This document shows positions 10,401-18,954 of a DNA stretch of 64,000 nt, one piece after another. The DNA comes from a virus (lineage: Duplodnaviria; Caudoviricetes): the IMG/VR virus record IMGVR_UViG_3300024297_000001. One strand, written 5' to 3'. Each line of letters opens with the position of its first letter. Position 1 is the stretch's first letter. The position numbers and the translations under genes were made by a program. The notes beneath the pieces were generated by a model that was not told the DNA's origin, ran no database searches, and worked only from the letters and a program-made list of their open reading frames with translations.

Positions 10401-10712
10401 AACTCCTAAGTATGAGTAAGCCGCTTGTAGTCCATATTCATTAATCTCTGATCCATGAATTGGATTGTTGTTGTTATCTGTATAAAACAAAGGATCTCCG
10501 AAAGTTTCGGATAAATCTCTTTGTGATGTAAGCAAGAACGGAACTCCAGCGTTTGCTTTCGTTGTTCCCCTTGCTGTACCTGTGCCACTTGCGTTCGCTT
10601 TATCTTGCGCCGTAGCAACAAAAATCATTGGGGTAGTGCCTGGTTCAGCAGGTGTATAGAAACTTTCATCTATAACGCTGACCTGTACTCCGGGTGATAC
10701 TAAGTTTGCCAT
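7464..10712 (-). CDS. gp18: Tail sheath protein (T4 gp18-like, ~1082 aa) with a large insertion; start at ATG 10712
   Basis: MANLVSPGVQVSVIDES N-terminus; C-terminal YPWFAPAGTRRG, RINVARL, FEPNDKITR, IEPVKAVEFIYI; SD AGGAG before 10712. Confidence 0.95.
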   Translation of the reverse strand: MANLVSPGVQVSVIDESFYTPAEPGTTPMIFVATAQDKANASGTGTARGTTKANAGVPFLLTSQRDLSETFGDPLFYTDNNNNPIHGSEINEYGLQAAYSYLGVSNRAFVVRADIDLNELQATANAPAADPADGTYWFDTQISRMGIFEWNGNPATATGGQTFTLKTPTVITDATKLVGGQATGIPLASVGKIGDYATVATTTINKTYYKNTSGTWVKVGTDAWQASWPTAVAATSNPTVTGGKTLTINSNTITASGTALADVVSDINGAGIAGVTASAVNSRLNIFSTGVALVIADGTGLAAELGLTAATYNAPKLEIAPHTGVPEYKTTDTTPRPSGSIWFKTTDANLGAKLSVKEWNGTTELWDNKSVPLYADNATALKNLDSTGGGVNLSVDTYYAQTNVTESADVEYDFKIFKRVATGSTKISSAIIADQVSSGTYTFTMSESTTNSATMSAAVTVSTNATGAAADAEEIAGKINSAGFTNIVASVDASNRIVIEHNDGGEIRIVDTDGGLTLAGFTPYVDANTGTANLYYVPGTDSSTNPKQYMASNWQVLSYTAGDDAPSALALDGQLWYNSVVDEVDIMLHNGTTWVGYQDSSSGYPNSSPNGPIVSATEPTTQSDGSALVNGDLWVSTADLENYPVIYQYNGTTLKWVLRDSTDQTTENGVLFSDARYNTSGVNSGSAGTIADLAASNYLDPDAPDPALYPKGMLLWNLRRSGFNVKKFVRNSIDLAEDNARTGDESMASYYPHRWVTESANQADGSGTFGRKAQRKVVVQALQAMMNSNQDIRDNESRIFNLLATPGYPELIGEMVTLNNDRGLTAFVVGDSPMRLASDATGINNWATNVNGAVEDNDNGLVTSDEYLGVFYPSLFTSDNAGNNVVVPASHGILRTIALSDQVSYPWFAPAGTRRGGITNASSAGFIDNEGEFKTVALNEGQRDTLYSNKVNPVTFLTGAGLVNFGQKTRAKNASSLDRINVARLVIYLRGQLNKLAKPYIFEPNDKITRDEIKQQADSLMLELVGQRALYDFLVVCDESNNTPSRIDRNELYVDIAIEPVKAVEFIYIPLRLKNTGEIAGL

Positions 10713-10817
10713 ATTTGTTCTCCTGTTGAACTTATTATATGTATTTAGCAACGTAGACGTAAAAGTATGCTAAACACCATGTCAAAAAGGGCATCAAAAG
10801 GGTAGGTAAATACTAAC

Positions 10818-11156
10818 ATGAGACCTTTATGCAAATGCGGTAAAAGACCTGTTGCTGTTAACTACAGAAAAGGCAACAAGACTTTTTATAGAACCAAGTG
10901 TGATGTATGTATTCGCAACAAGGGCAAAGAACTGGGTGAACCTAAGTGGTACCAAGCAGGTTATAGACAAAAAACACATTGTGAGAAGTGTAACTTTAAA
11001 GCCACGTTTAGAGAACAAATGAGAGTGTTTCACATAGACGGTGATCTAAACAACAATCGTCCAAGTAATATGAAAACTATCTGTGCTAACTGCCAGATTG
11101 CTATGCAGAGAGAAGGTTCCCGCTGGAAACAAGGTGATCTTGAACCTGATTTTTAA
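10818..11156 (+). CDS. Zinc-binding HNH-like protein (last His replaced by Gln)
   Basis: CKC...CDVC...CEKC...HIDGDLNNNRPSNMKTICANCQ; TAAATA 5 nt upstream (10807-10812). Confidence 0.7.
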   Translation: MRPLCKCGKRPVAVNYRKGNKTFYRTKCDVCIRNKGKELGEPKWYQAGYRQKTHCEKCNFKATFREQMRVFHIDGDLNNNRPSNMKTICANCQIAMQREGSRWKQGDLEPDF

Positions 11157-11712
11157 GATCTAACAACGTACCGTTATTATCAATAGTGTGTGTAAATTTT
11201 GTGTGTGCCCATGCCCATTCAGATGCATGTACATCTTTGGGTTCAACACCAACATCTTGATATATTCTAAACCAAATAGGATCCTGCCCACGTTTTACAC
11301 GCCAAACTTGTCCACCAACTTCATATAGCATTTTTGCTTCATTTGGAAAACGTACATCTGGAATAACAAAGTGTGTATTAGGATTATCAATAATATGCTT
11401 TTTAGTAAGGCTTACCCAGATACCATCATAGAAGCCTTCACGCATACATTCTGTACCAAATTCTTGTAGTACAAGTCTTGGAGTAATTTCTCTACCAGTT
11501 TCCTGCGTCCAATATTGATCTACTTGCTCACGCCATGCTCTTGATTTGTCAGTTTTGCCATCAAGCAGTTCTCTATCCCAACTGAACATAGATGCTACTG
11601 CGTCTTTAAGTTTGTCAGCAAACGATATTTTTACAAAGTTATGGTTATCTATTAGATTTTGAGCGACTGTGTCTTTACCAGATCCGATTAATCCGCAAAT
11701 GCCTATTAGCAC
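11101..11712 (-). CDS. gp1: Deoxynucleoside monophosphate kinase (T4 gp1-like); GTG start
   Basis: IGICGLIGSGKDT P-loop, ISFADKLKD, TPRLVLQEFGTE, IPDVRFPNE; SD GAGGAG. Confidence 0.9.
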   Translation of the reverse strand: MLIGICGLIGSGKDTVAQNLIDNHNFVKISFADKLKDAVASMFSWDRELLDGKTDKSRAWREQVDQYWTQETGREITPRLVLQEFGTECMREGFYDGIWVSLTKKHIIDNPNTHFVIPDVRFPNEAKMLYEVGGQVWRVKRGQDPIWFRIYQDVGVEPKDVHASEWAWAHTKFTHTIDNNGTLLDLKNQVQDHLVSSGNLLSA

Positions 11713-11747
11713 AAAGAATACTCCTCTATAAGTTTAATTTAAGTTAT

Positions 11748-11776
11748 AGTATAGTATAAATTTATGCTTTTGTCAA
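11748..11776 (-). promoter_or_regulatory. Near-consensus sigma70 promoter for the dNMP kinase gene
   Basis: TTGACA (11776-11771), 17-nt spacer, TATACT (11753-11748). Confidence 0.85.
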
Positions 11777-11783
11777 GTACTTT

Positions 11784-12542
11784 TTAACCAATACTGAAAC
11801 CGTAGCCTTGACCACCTGCAACCTGTAATTTTAGATCTTCTTCAAGTTTGTCCATTTCGGCTTGTGCTTCTGCTTTGAGTGCATCACCATTAAGTGTTGA
11901 TCCACCCTGTGGTCCTGCGATTGTGGCAAATTTACTTCTTGCTTCTCCAAGCATAAACTTACATTTAGCAAGTGTGTAATCTTTGATCCATTGCTTTGCA
12001 AGATAGTCTGTAAGTATTTGGAAGTCTGGTCTGTAGTTGTATGCTTGTAATAATACCTGTTCGCCTGTTCTTGGTCTTTGTAGAACAGTTAATTTTTTAG
12101 TTGCTGTGTTCCAAGTAAATTCAATAAATGAACCAAACATTCTTCCTACAAGTTCTTGGTAACCAGCGAATAGATTGTATGTTGCTAAACCACCCATGTT
12201 AGAACTTGATAACAAGTAAGTGTTTGTGTATGCTAAATTGAATGGCTCAAATAATGTTCCACCATCTCCGCCACCTGTTCTTGATCCAATTGAACGTCTA
12301 AACATCTGTCTAACTTCTACTACTTCATCTGGTAGTGTATATTCATTCTGGTCAAGTACCAACTCAAGAAACATATATGACTCTTCAACAGAATTATCAC
12401 TTCTTTGACGGAATTTGTCAAATGATGCTTTGATTGCTATTTCGTAATGTTCTGGATCAAGTTCAACATCAACCATGCCTCCGCCAAGCATAGCGTTTAC
12501 ATAATCGAATACTTCTTGTTTTGCTGTTGTTATATTGGCCAT
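11784..12542 (-). CDS. gp13: Neck protein (T4 gp13-like)
   Basis: LGGGMVDVELDPEHY...WIKDYTLAKCKFMLGEARSKF...GPQGGSTLNGD...EA..EMDKLEE. Confidence 0.85.
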   Translation of the reverse strand: MANITTAKQEVFDYVNAMLGGGMVDVELDPEHYEIAIKASFDKFRQRSDNSVEESYMFLELVLDQNEYTLPDEVVEVRQMFRRSIGSRTGGGDGGTLFEPFNLAYTNTYLLSSSNMGGLATYNLFAGYQELVGRMFGSFIEFTWNTATKKLTVLQRPRTGEQVLLQAYNYRPDFQILTDYLAKQWIKDYTLAKCKFMLGEARSKFATIAGPQGGSTLNGDALKAEAQAEMDKLEEDLKLQVAGGQGYGFSIG

Positions 12543-12561
12543 AATCTTTCGTCTCCATTAG

Positions 12562-12582
12562 TATTTATGCGTTCGATAAATA
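12562..12582. promoter_or_regulatory. Back-to-back divergent late promoters for gp13 (minus) and gp14 (plus)
   Basis: TATTTAT at 12562-12568 and ATAAATA at 12576-12582. Confidence 0.7.
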
Positions 12583-12590
12583 CAAGTACT

Positions 12591-13754
12591 ATGCCGAGAA
12601 TAAGTTTATATAAACCCGAGAAGGGCAAAGACTACGATTTCCTTGATAAGACTATTACAGAGATGTTTACAGTCGGGGGAACCGACGTTTTTGTACACAA
12701 ATACTTAGGTCCTAAGAATCCTGATGAAGCAGATGCTACACCTTCTGCTCCAAGATATGATGCTGTAAAAGAAACTAATATTCAAGACATGCTTTTCATG
12801 GAAAACCGTGATAGAAAGTATGATCCAGATATTTACGTTTTGCGTGGGATCTACAATGTACAAGATGTTGACTTTGATATGAGTCAGTTTGGTTTATTCT
12901 TAACCAACGACACATTGTTTATGACTATTCCAATCAACTATAGTGTAAAAACACTTGGTAGAAAAATTATGCCAGGTGATGTATTTGAAATGCCACACTT
13001 AAAAGATGAACATGCATTAAATGATTACCAAGTAGCACTAAAACGTTTCTATGTAGTTGAAGATGTAAACAGAGCGGCAGAAGGATTTTCACAAAGTTGG
13101 TATCCACACTTGTACAGAGTCAAGATGAAGCAAATTGTTGACTCACAAGAGTTCAAGGATATACTTGATTTACCAACAGAAGAAGGTAGTTCACAAACAT
13201 TACGTGATGTACTTTCTACATACGATAAAGAAATGCAAATTAACGATGCTATTCTTAATCAAGCAGAAGCAGACTCACCAGAATCTGGTTATGATACAAC
13301 TTCATTATACACATTACAAACAGATGCACAAGGTAAACCAGAACTTGTAACTGCCGACGAAGCAACAATTGACGCAAGTGTTAATGCCGGAAACTTAGAT
13401 GCAAGTAGAGTAAATCAAACACCAGACAGAGAAGGTTACAGTGGTTACTTACTTGGCGATGGTATTCCACCAAATGGAGAAGCATTTGGACATGGTATAG
13501 GTTTCCCAACAAACACAGCAAAAGGTGATTACTTTTTAAGGACTGATCTTATGCCAAATAGATTGTTTAGATTTGACGGACAACGTTGGGTCAAAATGGA
13601 AGATAAAGTACGTATGACATTATCTAACAAAGATAATAGAAATACACATAAAACTGGATTCATTAATAATACTAATTCAGGAACCATTGCTGGTGAAACT
13701 ATTCCAGAAAGACAAAGTTTAAGTAAAGCAATGAAACCAAAGGCGGATAATTAA
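12591..13754 (+). CDS. gp14: Neck protein (T4 gp14-like) with C-terminal extension; start at ATG 12591 (MPRISLYK)
   Basis: DMLFMENRDRKYD...YNVQDVDFDMSQFGLFL...GRKIMPGDVFEMPHL...WYPHLYRVK; the ORF-track start at 12447 overlaps gp13. Confidence 0.75.
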   Translation: MPRISLYKPEKGKDYDFLDKTITEMFTVGGTDVFVHKYLGPKNPDEADATPSAPRYDAVKETNIQDMLFMENRDRKYDPDIYVLRGIYNVQDVDFDMSQFGLFLTNDTLFMTIPINYSVKTLGRKIMPGDVFEMPHLKDEHALNDYQVALKRFYVVEDVNRAAEGFSQSWYPHLYRVKMKQIVDSQEFKDILDLPTEEGSSQTLRDVLSTYDKEMQINDAILNQAEADSPESGYDTTSLYTLQTDAQGKPELVTADEATIDASVNAGNLDASRVNQTPDREGYSGYLLGDGIPPNGEAFGHGIGFPTNTAKGDYFLRTDLMPNRLFRFDGQRWVKMEDKVRMTLSNKDNRNTHKTGFINNTNSGTIAGETIPERQSLSKAMKPKADN

Positions 13755-13924
13755 TGAAACACAATGTAGCAGGATTAATTTTTGGAATTTTAGGTGTAAT
13801 TTTTTTAGCAAAAGATATGGGTATGCATGGGAATAGTTTATTTGGTGTTAGTGAAATGACATGGATGTGGTTTACAATGGCAGTTGTACATTTCTTCCTT
13901 AACGATTGTGGGTGTAAAAAATAA
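13754..13924 (+). CDS. Small two-helix membrane protein, 56 aa (MKHNVAGLIFGILGVIFLAKDMGMHGNSLFGVSEMTWMWFTMAVVHFFLNDCGCKK); absent from the ORF track
   Basis: Fills the gp14-gp15 gap exactly, with TAATG stop/start coupling at both ends. Confidence 0.75.
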   Translation: MKHNVAGLIFGILGVIFLAKDMGMHGNSLFGVSEMTWMWFTMAVVHFFLNDCGCKK

Positions 13925-15342
13925 TGCAACATTTTTATGATGGACAGATAAGAAGATATATTACTCAGATGATTAGACTCATGAGTAATTTTTCTTACAA
14001 AGACGGTGACGGTAAACTTACACAAGTTCCGGTAATGTACGGAGATATTACACGTCAGGTTGGTCATATTCTTAGAGATAACAGTGAAAACAAAATTCCA
14101 AGTGCGCCACGTATAGGTGTTTACATTACAGGATTAGAATTAGATAGAGATAGACTTGCAGATGCTTCATTTGTTGGTAAAGTACACTTGCGTGAAAGAG
14201 ATTATGACGAAACAAATAACGAATATTTAAACACACAAGGTAAAAATGTAACAGTAGAGCGTTTAATGCCTACACCTTACAAGTTAACTGTTTCCGCTGA
14301 CATATGGTCAACTAACACAGAACAAAAATTACAAATTATGGAACAGATATTAATGCTGTTTAATCCAAGTTTAGAAATACAAACAACAGACAACTACATT
14401 GACTGGACAAGTTTAAGTGTAGTTGATTTAGAAAGTGTTAATTTTAGTAGTAGGTCAATGCCTACAGGTACTGAAAGCGAGATTGATGTTGGATCGTTAA
14501 CATTTACTACACCTATATACATTTCACCACCTGTCAAAGTTAAAAAACTTGGTGTTATAACAAACATTATAATGAGTATGTTTAACGAAGACACAGGTAA
14601 CGTTGACCTTGGTGCTACTATGCCTGAACTTAAACGTTACAATGACGAATTCGGCGAAGGCGTGTTTATGGAAGACAAAGACGGAACTACTACACGTAAA
14701 GATACAGCAGGACTTGCCATTACAGCATACAATGATTACGATTTACTTGTGTTAGGTAACACTGCACAACTTATACATAGAGGTGTTGTTGGTAATACTA
14801 ACTGGAATGGTTTCTTTGAAGCGTTACCAGGTACATTTAGATCAGGTCTAAGTCAACTACAATTAACAAGATTAGATATTAATCAAAGTGTCAACGGTAC
14901 TGTTGCAGTTAATCCAACAGATGAAACAACATTAATTATTAATTGGGACGAAGATACTATTCCAAGTGATATGGTCCTTACTGGTTCAACAGGCGATAGG
15001 AATAAGATAGATTATATTATTGATCCAACTAACTTTAATCCAACTACTATTAAATCAAACGGTGTTAGAGTATTATTATTAGGTTCTATTGGTAGTGCAA
15101 CAAATACTGATGGTGCTGATGCTTGGAAAAACAATGACGGTACAGACTTTATTGCAAGTGAAAATGATATAGTAGAATGGACTGGTACAAAATGGCAAAT
15201 ACTGTTTGATTCAAGTACAGTATCTGACATCAAATTTGTAACTAACCTAAATACAAGTATCCAATACAAATGGACAGGTACAGAATGGGTCAAATCCATT
15301 GAAGGCGAGTACCGGAATGGAGCGTGGCGCATACAATTTTAA
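13924..15342 (+). CDS. gp15: Tail terminator/sheath stabiliser (T4 gp15-like) with a ~200-aa C-terminal extension
   Basis: MQHFYDGQIRRYI...VPVMYG...PTPYKLTVSADIW..NTEQKLQIMEQILMLFNPS. Confidence 0.85.
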   Translation: MQHFYDGQIRRYITQMIRLMSNFSYKDGDGKLTQVPVMYGDITRQVGHILRDNSENKIPSAPRIGVYITGLELDRDRLADASFVGKVHLRERDYDETNNEYLNTQGKNVTVERLMPTPYKLTVSADIWSTNTEQKLQIMEQILMLFNPSLEIQTTDNYIDWTSLSVVDLESVNFSSRSMPTGTESEIDVGSLTFTTPIYISPPVKVKKLGVITNIIMSMFNEDTGNVDLGATMPELKRYNDEFGEGVFMEDKDGTTTRKDTAGLAITAYNDYDLLVLGNTAQLIHRGVVGNTNWNGFFEALPGTFRSGLSQLQLTRLDINQSVNGTVAVNPTDETTLIINWDEDTIPSDMVLTGSTGDRNKIDYIIDPTNFNPTTIKSNGVRVLLLGSIGSATNTDGADAWKNNDGTDFIASENDIVEWTGTKWQILFDSSTVSDIKFVTNLNTSIQYKWTGTEWVKSIEGEYRNGAWRIQF

Positions 15343-15354
15343 ATAATTACTTGT

Positions 15355-15795
15355 ATGAGCGACAAAATCAATTGCAGTGGTGCATTATTTTATGCACTAA
15401 AAACTAAACGTTTTTTATTCTTACATAGAACTCAAAGCAAACAGAACAATGTTTGGGGTTTGGTAGGTGGCCGTGGTGCTGTTGACGAATCGCCTATTGA
15501 TGCTTTACATAGAGAAATCAAAGAAGAAATTGGTACTACACCAAAATCAGTAAAAACTATACCTTTAGAAACTTTTGTCAGCACCGACGAAAAGTTCAAT
15601 TTCCATACATACCTAATAGTTGTTAAAGAAGAATTTATTCCTGATCTAAATGAAGAACATGATGGTTATTCTTGGGCAAGTTTTAGTAAGTATCCAAAGC
15701 CTTTGCATCAAGGTTTAAGAAACACACTACAAAACAAAACTAATATTACAAAGTTGCAGACAGTGTTTGAGTTGATTGACATATTAGAGAGTTAA
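15355..15795 (+). CDS. Nudix hydrolase
   Basis: WGLVGGRGAVDESPIDALHREIKEEIG Nudix box; TAAATA at 15340-15345. Confidence 0.85.
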   Translation: MSDKINCSGALFYALKTKRFLFLHRTQSKQNNVWGLVGGRGAVDESPIDALHREIKEEIGTTPKSVKTIPLETFVSTDEKFNFHTYLIVVKEEFIPDLNEEHDGYSWASFSKYPKPLHQGLRNTLQNKTNITKLQTVFELIDILES

Positions 15796-15796
15796 C

Positions 15797-17047
15797 ATGA
15801 TAAAAGTTTACGGCGACATAATGCTGGACAGTTGGATTATTGGGAAAGCCAGTAGAATTAGTCCTGAAGCGCCTGTACCAGTACTAAAAGAAATTGAAAG
15901 AAAAAACAGTATAGGTGGTGCGGCTAATCTTGCACTTAATCTTAGCAACATTGTTGACAACGTTTCTTTGTTTGGTGCAGTAGGTATGGACGACGAAGGT
16001 TTTGATGTTCTAAAAATACTTGAAACAACAAATAATATAGATTGTAGCATACAATCAGATGCAGAAATTACAACTACTAAAACAAGATTAGTAGGCCAAC
16101 GTGGACAACACATCATGCGTTGGGATAAAGAGAAAAAATACAAAGGTAAAGCACAAGCAAGATTCCTTGAAAGTGTTAACGAAGAAGATATTGTATGTTT
16201 AAGTGATTATAACAAAGGTACCATTGGTACACATTTAGTAGAAAAACTTAATAATAAAAAATGCAAAGTTTTAGTTGATCCTAAACAAGGACCAGAAGTA
16301 TACAAAGGTGCATTTCTTGTGAAACCAAACATGAAAGAATACAAAACATGGTTTGGAAAATTTAATAGAGAAGTTGCTTTCTTTGCAATCAAAGAACATG
16401 GTTGGAAATATCTTGTAGTAACAGACGGTGCTAATGGTATACACGTTTTAAGTGATGAATTACAATATCAACACTACAAAGAACCTGTAAGAGAAGTTGC
16501 AGATGTAACTGGTGCTGGTGATACTGTACTTGCCGTTATTGCTTATGGTATTAAAAGAGGTATGGATGTGTTTGCCGCATGTAAGTTAGCCTGTTATGCT
16601 GGTGCAAGATCAGTAGAACACAGAGGTGTATATGCAATACAAACAGAAGATTTAAAAAGACAAGTAGTTTGGACCAATGGCGTGTTTGATATACTACATG
16701 AAGGACATTTTAGACTGTTAAGACATGCAAGATCAAAAGGTAGAAAACTTATTGTAGGTATTAACAGCGATGCAAGTACAAAAAGACTCAAGGGAGAAGG
16801 CAGACCTATTAACAATCAATTACAACGTAAAATGAATCTTGAACTTTTACCATGGATTGACGAAGTTGTAATATTTGATGAAGATACTCCCATTAATTGT
16901 ATTGAAAGATTTCAACCAGACTTAATTATTAAGGGTGGAGATTACACTGTTGAAACAGTTGTAGGTCATGAACTTGCAGAAGTAGAAATTTTTCCAACAG
17001 TAAAAGATCAATCAACAACAAGTATTATAGAGAAGATGAAAATATGA
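15797..17047 (+). CDS. hldE: Bifunctional heptose-7-phosphate kinase / heptose-1-phosphate adenylyltransferase (HldE/RfaE)
   Basis: GDIMLD...RISPEAPVPV, GGAANLA, SDYNKG, DVTGAGDTV (PfkB) fused to TNGVFDILHEGH...RPIN...KGGDY...STT. Confidence 0.92.
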   Translation: MIKVYGDIMLDSWIIGKASRISPEAPVPVLKEIERKNSIGGAANLALNLSNIVDNVSLFGAVGMDDEGFDVLKILETTNNIDCSIQSDAEITTTKTRLVGQRGQHIMRWDKEKKYKGKAQARFLESVNEEDIVCLSDYNKGTIGTHLVEKLNNKKCKVLVDPKQGPEVYKGAFLVKPNMKEYKTWFGKFNREVAFFAIKEHGWKYLVVTDGANGIHVLSDELQYQHYKEPVREVADVTGAGDTVLAVIAYGIKRGMDVFAACKLACYAGARSVEHRGVYAIQTEDLKRQVVWTNGVFDILHEGHFRLLRHARSKGRKLIVGINSDASTKRLKGEGRPINNQLQRKMNLELLPWIDEVVIFDEDTPINCIERFQPDLIIKGGDYTVETVVGHELAEVEIFPTVKDQSTTSIIEKMKI

Positions 17048-17868
17048 GAATTTTAGTTACAGGTTACCAAGGATTTATTGGTTCAAATGTAGCATCATAC
17101 CTAAAAGCAAAAGGACATGATGTGGAAGGCTTCCCTTGGGAAATTAATAAGTTTCCAGATGCTCAACAATACGATAGAATTATACATTTGGGTGCAATTT
17201 CAAGTACAACTGAACGTGATGTTGAAAAGATTATGCAACACAACTATGAGTACACAATGAAGTTGATTGAAATTTGTGATATGATGGGTACTTCTTTACA
17301 ATATGCAAGTTCGGCAAGTGTGTATGGAGAACTAACACACTTTAGAGAGGACTTAGAGTTAGATCCTCGCAGTCCTTATGCTTGGACAAAGTACCTTGTT
17401 GATAGATTTGTAACACAACACCTAAATGAGTTTAGAGTTAACATACAAGGCTTTAGATATTTCAATGTTTATGGTCACGGAGAAGAACACAAAGGCGATA
17501 TGATGAGCCCAATTAGTAAGTTTACTAAACAAGCCAAAGAAACTGGTGTTATAAAAGTGTTCGAAGGTAGTGGTAAGTTTAAACGTGATTTTATTTGTGT
17601 TGAAGATGTTGCAGTGATGCATGAAAAAATGCTTGATGTTGATAAAAGTGGTATTTGGAACATTGGTAGTGGCGTTGCTACTTCATTTTTACAAGTTGCA
17701 CAAGTTATTGCAAACAAGTATGGTGCAAAGATTGAAGAAATACCAATGCCGGAAAACATTAAGGCACAATATCAAAAATATACGTGTGCTGACAATGACA
17801 AATTAAAAGAAACTATTGAGCATAAGTGCTTTAGTGTAGGAGAATGGGTAAATGGCCAACCAAACTGA
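17044..17868 (+). CDS. hldD: ADP-L-glycero-D-manno-heptose 6-epimerase (HldD/RfaD)-like extended SDR
   Basis: VTGYQGFIGS, YASSASVYG, YxxxK (YAWTK), FRYFNVYG.GEEHKG.M.S, KRDFICVEDV, YQKYTCAD. Confidence 0.88.
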   Translation: MRILVTGYQGFIGSNVASYLKAKGHDVEGFPWEINKFPDAQQYDRIIHLGAISSTTERDVEKIMQHNYEYTMKLIEICDMMGTSLQYASSASVYGELTHFREDLELDPRSPYAWTKYLVDRFVTQHLNEFRVNIQGFRYFNVYGHGEEHKGDMMSPISKFTKQAKETGVIKVFEGSGKFKRDFICVEDVAVMHEKMLDVDKSGIWNIGSGVATSFLQVAQVIANKYGAKIEEIPMPENIKAQYQKYTCADNDKLKETIEHKCFSVGEWVNGQPN

Positions 17869-18553
17869 TTGTAAAGTTGAATGGTGGAGCGTTGTTCCTG
17901 GACTTACTAAAGTCGAACCAATTAAAGATGCAACAAAATTCATGCCTGAATGGTTCAAACATGCACCTAAGTACTTGACTGAGGACTTTGCAGACAAAGG
18001 CACTATCAAGAACTGTCCTGGTTTCATAGATTTATATAAAAATGCGTATGTTGTACCTATGTGGTGCGACTTTCACATCAAAGCAGACAATAAAAACTTT
18101 GCATGGCACTCAAGTAATGAAAACTTTACTATGAGCCTGCACACTGACAAGCAATTTTTAGAACATGCACCACAAAATGCCAAAGATGACTTTGTATGTG
18201 TTGCAAAAACTGATTGTCCTTGGCGTGTGCGTACAAGTCCTGGCTGGGCAATGATGCAATTACCAATGTTTTATGATTTTAACGAATATTTTACGTGTAT
18301 GCCTGGTATAACACACACGGAATGGAGCCATCAGATTAACCAACAACTGTTAATCAAAAAAGAAGGCGAATTTTTGCTTGAAAAAGGCACTCCATTAGCA
18401 ATGTACGTACCAATAAAGATTGCAAACCTTGAAACTACGGTACAAGATGAAGATGAAGAAAAATATCGTGCAAGTTTTGTAAGTAATCTAATATTTCAGA
18501 GTAAGTTTAAAGGTGCTTACAAGAAATTTAAAGAAGTATGGAGTAAAAAATGA
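17852..18553 (+). CDS. Hypothetical protein (233 aa)
   Basis: KNCPGFIDL...VPMWCDF...PWRVRTSPGW...KGTPLAMYVP pattern recalls uncharacterised aquatic-phage proteins; function not assignable. Confidence 0.6.
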   Translation: MANQTDCKVEWWSVVPGLTKVEPIKDATKFMPEWFKHAPKYLTEDFADKGTIKNCPGFIDLYKNAYVVPMWCDFHIKADNKNFAWHSSNENFTMSLHTDKQFLEHAPQNAKDDFVCVAKTDCPWRVRTSPGWAMMQLPMFYDFNEYFTCMPGITHTEWSHQINQQLLIKKEGEFLLEKGTPLAMYVPIKIANLETTVQDEDEEKYRASFVSNLIFQSKFKGAYKKFKEVWSKK

Positions 18554-18954
18554 GTAGACTTGAAGGTAAAGTAGAAAAGGGTTGGGGCTACGAACTAATA
18601 TGGGCAACAACTGACAAGTATTGTGGCAAACTTATGGTATTTGAAAAAGCAGGCAAGAAATTCTCAATGCATTTTCATAAAGAGAAGGACGAATCATGGT
18701 TTGTCAACTCAGGACGCTTCGAAGTTAAATGGATTGATACAAAAGACGCTGTGTTATACAGCAAAGAATTAAATCCTGGGGATACATGGCACAATCCACC
18801 ACTACAACCACACCAGTTAATTGCTCTTGAAGACAATAGTAGTATTAGTGAAGTTAGTACTGCTGATTCAGTGGAAGATAATTACAGAATTATACCTGGT
18901 GATAGCCAAAAAGAAGTAATTAAGAAAAATTCTCCGCCACCCACAATGCCTTAG
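18550..18954 (+). CDS. Cupin-fold protein (sugar isomerase/epimerase-like)
   Basis: KGWGYELIW, SMHFHKEKDESW (H-x-H-x4-E), PPLQPH. Confidence 0.75.
   Translation: MSRLEGKVEKGWGYELIWATTDKYCGKLMVFEKAGKKFSMHFHKEKDESWFVNSGRFEVKWIDTKDAVLYSKELNPGDTWHNPPLQPHQLIALEDNSSISEVSTADSVEDNYRIIPGDSQKEVIKKNSPPPTMP

Noticed and set aside
12447-12590. N-terminal extensions given by the ORF track for gp14 (12447), gp18 (10751), gp17 (2122) and 59804-60247
   Set aside because: Each runs through a promoter, a terminator, the candidate ncRNA or the opposite gene. Downstream ATGs have better context.
18550-18954. Calling the cupin a GmhA replacement
   Set aside because: GmhA has a SIS fold. The cupin's substrate cannot be read from the sequence, so this stays a hypothesis.
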